From positions 4,092 through 68,091 of the forward strand of contig JAGVXH010000008.1 of assembly GCA_018303845.1 (NCBI GenBank): a stretch of 64,000 nt of DNA. The letters run 5' to 3'. Below, in pieces: positions 60,072 through 64,000 of the stretch. The DNA comes from Candidatus Pacearchaeota archaeon (GTDB lineage: Archaea; Nanobdellota; Nanobdellia; Pacearchaeales; GW2011-AR1). The position numbers and the translations under genes were made by a program. Below the pieces are notes generated by a model. That model was given only the letters and a program-made list of their open reading frames with translations, did not search any database and was not told where the DNA came from. The stretch's first letter is position 1; every line of letters begins with the position of its first letter.

Positions 60072-61922
60072 ATGGGTAGATTTATTAAATTTGGTTTGAT
60101 TTTATTGACGATGAAGAAGTTGGGAGTTTTTTTGCTGATTGTAGTTTTTGCTCATTTTGCTAGTTCGGCACATTGGATTAGTGGATTTGCCGAAGATGCT
60201 CTTGATAGTGAGGGAAGTGATGGGAAGGAAGTTGTTATGTGGAACCCTTTATTTGGAAGCACTGATAATGTTAGCGATATTGTTGGCGTACTTGGGATGA
60301 GTGGAGTTAGTGGAGTTTATTTGTTAGATTGTGAAATGCTTGGCAGTGGCTGTGTAGTTGGCAATATCTTGAGTTTGAAAATTTTTGGAACTAGATATAT
60401 TTCGTGGGTTGTTAATGTGACAGTTAGTGGGGCCGGTTATGATGTTGTCGGGAATTTAAGCTTAAACTCTCCACCTTCTGTTAGTTTGGTTGCTCCAGAA
60501 AATTTTGGATATAGTGACTCTAGTGTTGATTTTAATTGTTCTTTTGCGGATTACGATGATAACGTTGTGCGAATTGCTTTGTGGGGGAACTGGTCTGGAG
60601 GTTGGTCGGAGAAGGCTTTTGTTGATTCGGATTTTGATAATAATTATGTTATTTTTAGTGAAGATTTAGTACAAGGAAGTTATAAATGGAATTGTTTTGT
60701 CGAAGATGATTTAGGAATAGGAAGTTTTGACACTAATAACAACAGTTTTTTTGTAGATGCTACTGCGCCTTTTATTTTGGACGTCAGTAGTGTGACGGAT
60801 GTTTGCGGATTCGGTTCTATCCCAATTGAATGTAGCGTTAGTGATAATATCGGCGTTGGAAGTGTTGTTATTCGAGCTCGGGCTCCGAATGGCTCTTTGA
60901 CTAATTATTCTGCTTCATTTATTTCTGGTAATATATATAGGGCTAATGTTGATTTAGGTGAAGCAGGAGTTTGGGGCTTTGAGTGTTTTGGGTTTGATAT
61001 TGTTGAAAATGCGAATTATTCTGTCGGGGATTTTGTTACGGTTGGTTCTTTAAATGCGGAAATTAGTTTTGTTGGAGAAGTTAATTTTGACAAGAGCCCT
61101 AGCGTAGAGGGAGAAGTCTTAAATGTTTCAGTTAATATGACAAATGTTGGATGTGTTGATTCTGGAAATTTCACTGTTGGATTTTTTGATGATGATGTTA
61201 ATTTTTGGAACGCAACTGCTTTTATTGGAGTTGATAGTTTCTTGAAAGTTTATGCAAATTGGAGTGTTAATATTGGGAGTTCGGAAATTTTGATTTATGC
61301 GGATTTGGAAGATGTGTTGGATGAAGATAATGAGTCGAATAATGAAATTGTTGGCTCTACTTATCTGAAGGCTTGGCAGGGAATTTATGGGAATGTTAGT
61401 TTAGACTTGGTTTTGGCCGGCGAGGAAAATAAAATTGGAGCATGGGACGATGTTGTAAGTTTTGCTGGAAATGTTTTTGTAACAGATAGCGAGGCCAATG
61501 TTGAATGGAATAATTTGCAAGCTGTTGGTCGGACAAAGTTGGAGTTGCCTAGTTCTGATGATTTTAGTGAAATTGATTCTTTACTTGGGATGAGTTTTTA
61601 TAATGATTCTTTGGCTGAACTTTTTAGCTCTTCTGAAGTTTCGAATTTTAGTGTATTTGGTTCAGATATTGAAAATGTGGCTTATGTTAATAGTAGCTCA
61701 AATGGGAATTTTATTACGGGGGTTTTATGGGACATGAGTGATTCGGTTGATTTAGAATATGATTCTTCGGAAGGTGAGGATGTTGTATTTGTTGCGAAGA
61801 TTAATGGCGGGAAAATTGGAACTCATGGTGTTTACGATTATGAGATTATTGTTCCGTCAAAACTTAGGGGTTATGATAATACGGATGAAGAGAAAGTTTA
61901 TTTGTATTATGATTTAAGGTAG
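60072..61922 (+). CDS. Secreted 616-aa mosaic protein: family-B 'HWIxG' domain, NWSGGW Ig-like domain, further Ig-like domains, CARDB, C-terminal WQG...YDLR module (alternative start ATG 60111)
   Basis: SSA|HWISGFAEDALD ... YLLDCEML ... VTVSGAGYDVVGNLSLNSPP; LWGNWSGGWSEKAF ... GSYKWNCFVEDD; CARDB ending DEDNESNN; then AWQGIYGNVS ... YDYEIIVPSKLRGYD ... KVYLYYDLR-stop. Confidence 0.8.
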   Translation: MGRFIKFGLILLTMKKLGVFLLIVVFAHFASSAHWISGFAEDALDSEGSDGKEVVMWNPLFGSTDNVSDIVGVLGMSGVSGVYLLDCEMLGSGCVVGNILSLKIFGTRYISWVVNVTVSGAGYDVVGNLSLNSPPSVSLVAPENFGYSDSSVDFNCSFADYDDNVVRIALWGNWSGGWSEKAFVDSDFDNNYVIFSEDLVQGSYKWNCFVEDDLGIGSFDTNNNSFFVDATAPFILDVSSVTDVCGFGSIPIECSVSDNIGVGSVVIRARAPNGSLTNYSASFISGNIYRANVDLGEAGVWGFECFGFDIVENANYSVGDFVTVGSLNAEISFVGEVNFDKSPSVEGEVLNVSVNMTNVGCVDSGNFTVGFFDDDVNFWNATAFIGVDSFLKVYANWSVNIGSSEILIYADLEDVLDEDNESNNEIVGSTYLKAWQGIYGNVSLDLVLAGEENKIGAWDDVVSFAGNVFVTDSEANVEWNNLQAVGRTKLELPSSDDFSEIDSLLGMSFYNDSLAELFSSSEVSNFSVFGSDIENVAYVNSSSNGNFITGVLWDMSDSVDLEYDSSEGEDVVFVAKINGGKIGTHGVYDYEIIVPSKLRGYDNTDEEKVYLYYDLR

Positions 61923-62054
61923 AGTGAATTTTATTTAAAGTTTAGCTAAAGATACTAGATAAAATTATATGCTTAGATTTTTATAATAATTTTTAATTAA
62001 TATTGAGAATTTAACGAAGAGAAAGTTTATATAATAGTTTTGTGAAGGTTGGTT

Positions 62055-63725
62055 ATGGGAGAAAGAATAGTTGGGAGACTTATTATATTACTTGGGATTT
62101 TGTTTTTGAGTAGCTGTGTTTTAGCCGAAGTTCATGTTATTAGTAATTCAGAGAACTGGAGAGATGTTTATTCCTCTATGTTATTTGCTAGTTTAAATGG
62201 GGACTCTGGGGATTTTTTGGCGAGCACACAACATGGTCCGGTTTTGCTTAATGGAATTCCAAAAAATAATGATATTGTTCTTTTGAATTCTAATGATAAG
62301 CCGTTTGTTTTTAATTATGGTAGCATGATTGAGGCGCGGGACTATGCTTCGGTTGAAGAGAGAAGTTATGATGATTTTAATTTGGAGTTGGTTGATGAGT
62401 TGGATGTTAATAATTTTATTATTGTAGATGGGTCTTATGGATATAGTGCTATGGCAGTTACTCCCTATGCTGTTTTGACCGATGCTTGGGTTTTTTTTGC
62501 GGATAGGGTAAATATTGCTGAGGTTGAAGCAATTTTAGCTAGGAAAGATGTTAATTCTATTGTTGTTTATGGTTATGTTGACCGAGAGGTTAATGATGCA
62601 TTAGTTGCGTATAATCCGAAGGTAATTAATTCTGGAGATAGGTTTCAAGATAATGTTTTGATTGTTGAGGAATACAAGAAGTTAAGTGATGCGAAACAGG
62701 TTTTGCTTAGTAATGGAGAATTTATTGAAAGAGAATTGATGATGGGAGCGCATCCAATTTTGTTTACTGGGAGAGAAAATGTTCCTGATGGCATTGCTGA
62801 TTATTTGCAACGAAGTGATATTGAGGTTGGGGTTTTGATTGGGAACGAGTTGATTAATGCGGCTACAAATATTAGGCGAAGTGCTGGAATTAGTGTTATG
62901 GTTAAGTTTGCTCAAGGGGCAAGAAGTCAGACCGCCGGAGTTTCTGCCGTTGAAGGATTGGATTTGTTTTATCTTCCTACGCCTAGTTTAAATTTAGAAA
63001 TTAATTCTGTTAAGTATAATAGGGCCGCTAAACAAGTTGAAGTTACTTATCACAGTACTGCTAATGTTCCAATTTATGTTAAGGGAACGCTGACTCTTTT
63101 GGGCGATGATGGGACTAAGAAGGTTGGGGATTTGGATTCTGTATTTATTGCTCCAAGTGATTTTAAGACTTTGATTTACCCTGATGTTGAGTTGACTGGG
63201 AATGATTTGAAGGCTGAAGTTTATGCTTTGTTTGGTGAGGTCAAGAGTTCGCTTGATAGGGAATTGCGTGGTAGTTATGATATGGGTGTGATTAATGTTT
63301 TGGATGATTGTGAGGTTGAGATAACTGGAGTTAAGTATAATAAACAGAAGAATATGTTTATTGTTGGAATTGATAATGTTGGGGACGTTGGTTGCTATGT
63401 TGATGTTGAGTTAAATGATGTTGTGGTTAATCGAGTGAAGCAAACTATTGGTGGAGAGGGCTCGGTTTTTGTTAAGGGTGGGAAAAGTGGGAAGATTGAG
63501 TTGACGCAGAGAATGGATGATGCGGATTTGATTGACAATCCCTATGTGAATTTGGTTGCTTATTATGGGGAAAGGGAAGAGAGTTTGGTTGGGGTTTTCA
63601 GAGGAAAGTTTGAGCTTGATGTTGATATGTTTAGTGGGACGACTTATCTGATTGTTGTCTGTTTAATTTTGTTGTTGCTGTTGTTGATAGTTTTGTGGCG
63701 AAAGAAACAAGATAATGAGTGGTAA
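62055..63725 (+). CDS. Signal peptide plus possible cell-wall-binding-repeat-like (CW_binding_2/COG2247-like) region plus beta domains plus C-terminal TM anchor (start taken at ATG 62055)
   Basis: Contains NSENWRDVYSSMLFASLNG ... and SYGYSAMAVTPYAVLTDAWVFFAD. The TM/basic tail is YLIVVCLILLLLLLIVLWRKKQ. The domain assignment is tentative. Confidence 0.45.
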   Translation: MGERIVGRLIILLGILFLSSCVLAEVHVISNSENWRDVYSSMLFASLNGDSGDFLASTQHGPVLLNGIPKNNDIVLLNSNDKPFVFNYGSMIEARDYASVEERSYDDFNLELVDELDVNNFIIVDGSYGYSAMAVTPYAVLTDAWVFFADRVNIAEVEAILARKDVNSIVVYGYVDREVNDALVAYNPKVINSGDRFQDNVLIVEEYKKLSDAKQVLLSNGEFIERELMMGAHPILFTGRENVPDGIADYLQRSDIEVGVLIGNELINAATNIRRSAGISVMVKFAQGARSQTAGVSAVEGLDLFYLPTPSLNLEINSVKYNRAAKQVEVTYHSTANVPIYVKGTLTLLGDDGTKKVGDLDSVFIAPSDFKTLIYPDVELTGNDLKAEVYALFGEVKSSLDRELRGSYDMGVINVLDDCEVEITGVKYNKQKNMFIVGIDNVGDVGCYVDVELNDVVVNRVKQTIGGEGSVFVKGGKSGKIELTQRMDDADLIDNPYVNLVAYYGEREESLVGVFRGKFELDVDMFSGTTYLIVVCLILLLLLLIVLWRKKQDNEW

Positions 63726-63748
63726 AGTCGTGGCTTTGTGATTAGAGA

Positions 63749-64000
63749 ATTATATTTTGATTTTTTCTTCTCTTTGTGGGACTGTTCTTTTTCCGAATCT
63801 GGCGATTCCTCTTTCAACCTGGTCGTTTCCTATGAATAGATGGTAATTATTTCGTCCGGGCCCGCTAAATATTTGCCCTGAATAGTCTATGCTCCAATGC
63901 GTTGATGAAGACGTTTTTTTCCTAATTGCTTTTCCTGATTTTTTTAATAAATCTATTAGTCTCTCATGCTTCTTTTTCTTTTCAGAAGATATTGGTTGTG
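63749..64000 (-). CDS. 3' end of an unidentified gene (5' end outside the window)
   Basis: A minus-strand frame is open from the window edge to the stop at 63749-63751. It translates to ... THWSIDYSGQIFSGPGRNNYHLFIGNDQVERGIARFGKRTVPQREEKIKI. No family is recognised. Confidence 0.3.

Overview
Low-GC archaeal window. The gene content suggests a DPANN-type, host-associated archaeon, but that is inference only. No rRNA, tRNA or CRISPR array was recognisable by eye.

Bases 1-6656 hold the 3' end of an FtsX-type ABC permease gene, a COG1361-like secreted protein, and the conserved archaeal cluster L21e-RpoF-DUF655-S13-S4-S11-RpoD-L18e-(79-aa inserted ORF)-L13-S9. The cluster stops after S9 at a two-gene block that includes a recombinase-domain-only protein.

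From about 7.9 kb to 63.7 kb the window is a roughly 56-kb cell-surface island:
- Two giant ORFs of 4062 aa and 4903 aa together cover about 42% of the window.
- At least 15 further Sec-signal or TM-anchored proteins fall into a few locally amplified, domain-shuffled families.
- There is a tightly overlapping operon built around a membrane-anchored HerA/FtsK-type ATPase with a large ectodomain.
- There is also a MinD/ParA ATPase and a polytopic HExxH membrane protein.
- A small DNA-binding protein gene (wHTH, AbrB-like or zinc ribbon) sits at the head of nearly every surface operon.
- ASCH, SpoIIM-like, RidA and patatin-like genes are interspersed.

The main lead is a ~190-aa module (SWQGxYGN ... 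YxYVEL-stop). It occurs four times as small stand-alone secreted proteins and also as the extreme C-terminus of the 4062-aa giant and of a 616-aa protein. One stand-alone copy is co-operonic with the ATPase. I read this as a candidate, apparently undescribed, surface fibre/anchoring or translocation system.

Several genes have a TATA-like box 19-27 nt upstream of the start codon, which fits leaderless archaeal transcripts. All domain names are from visual motif recognition. No searches were run, and sub-gene coordinates are approximate.
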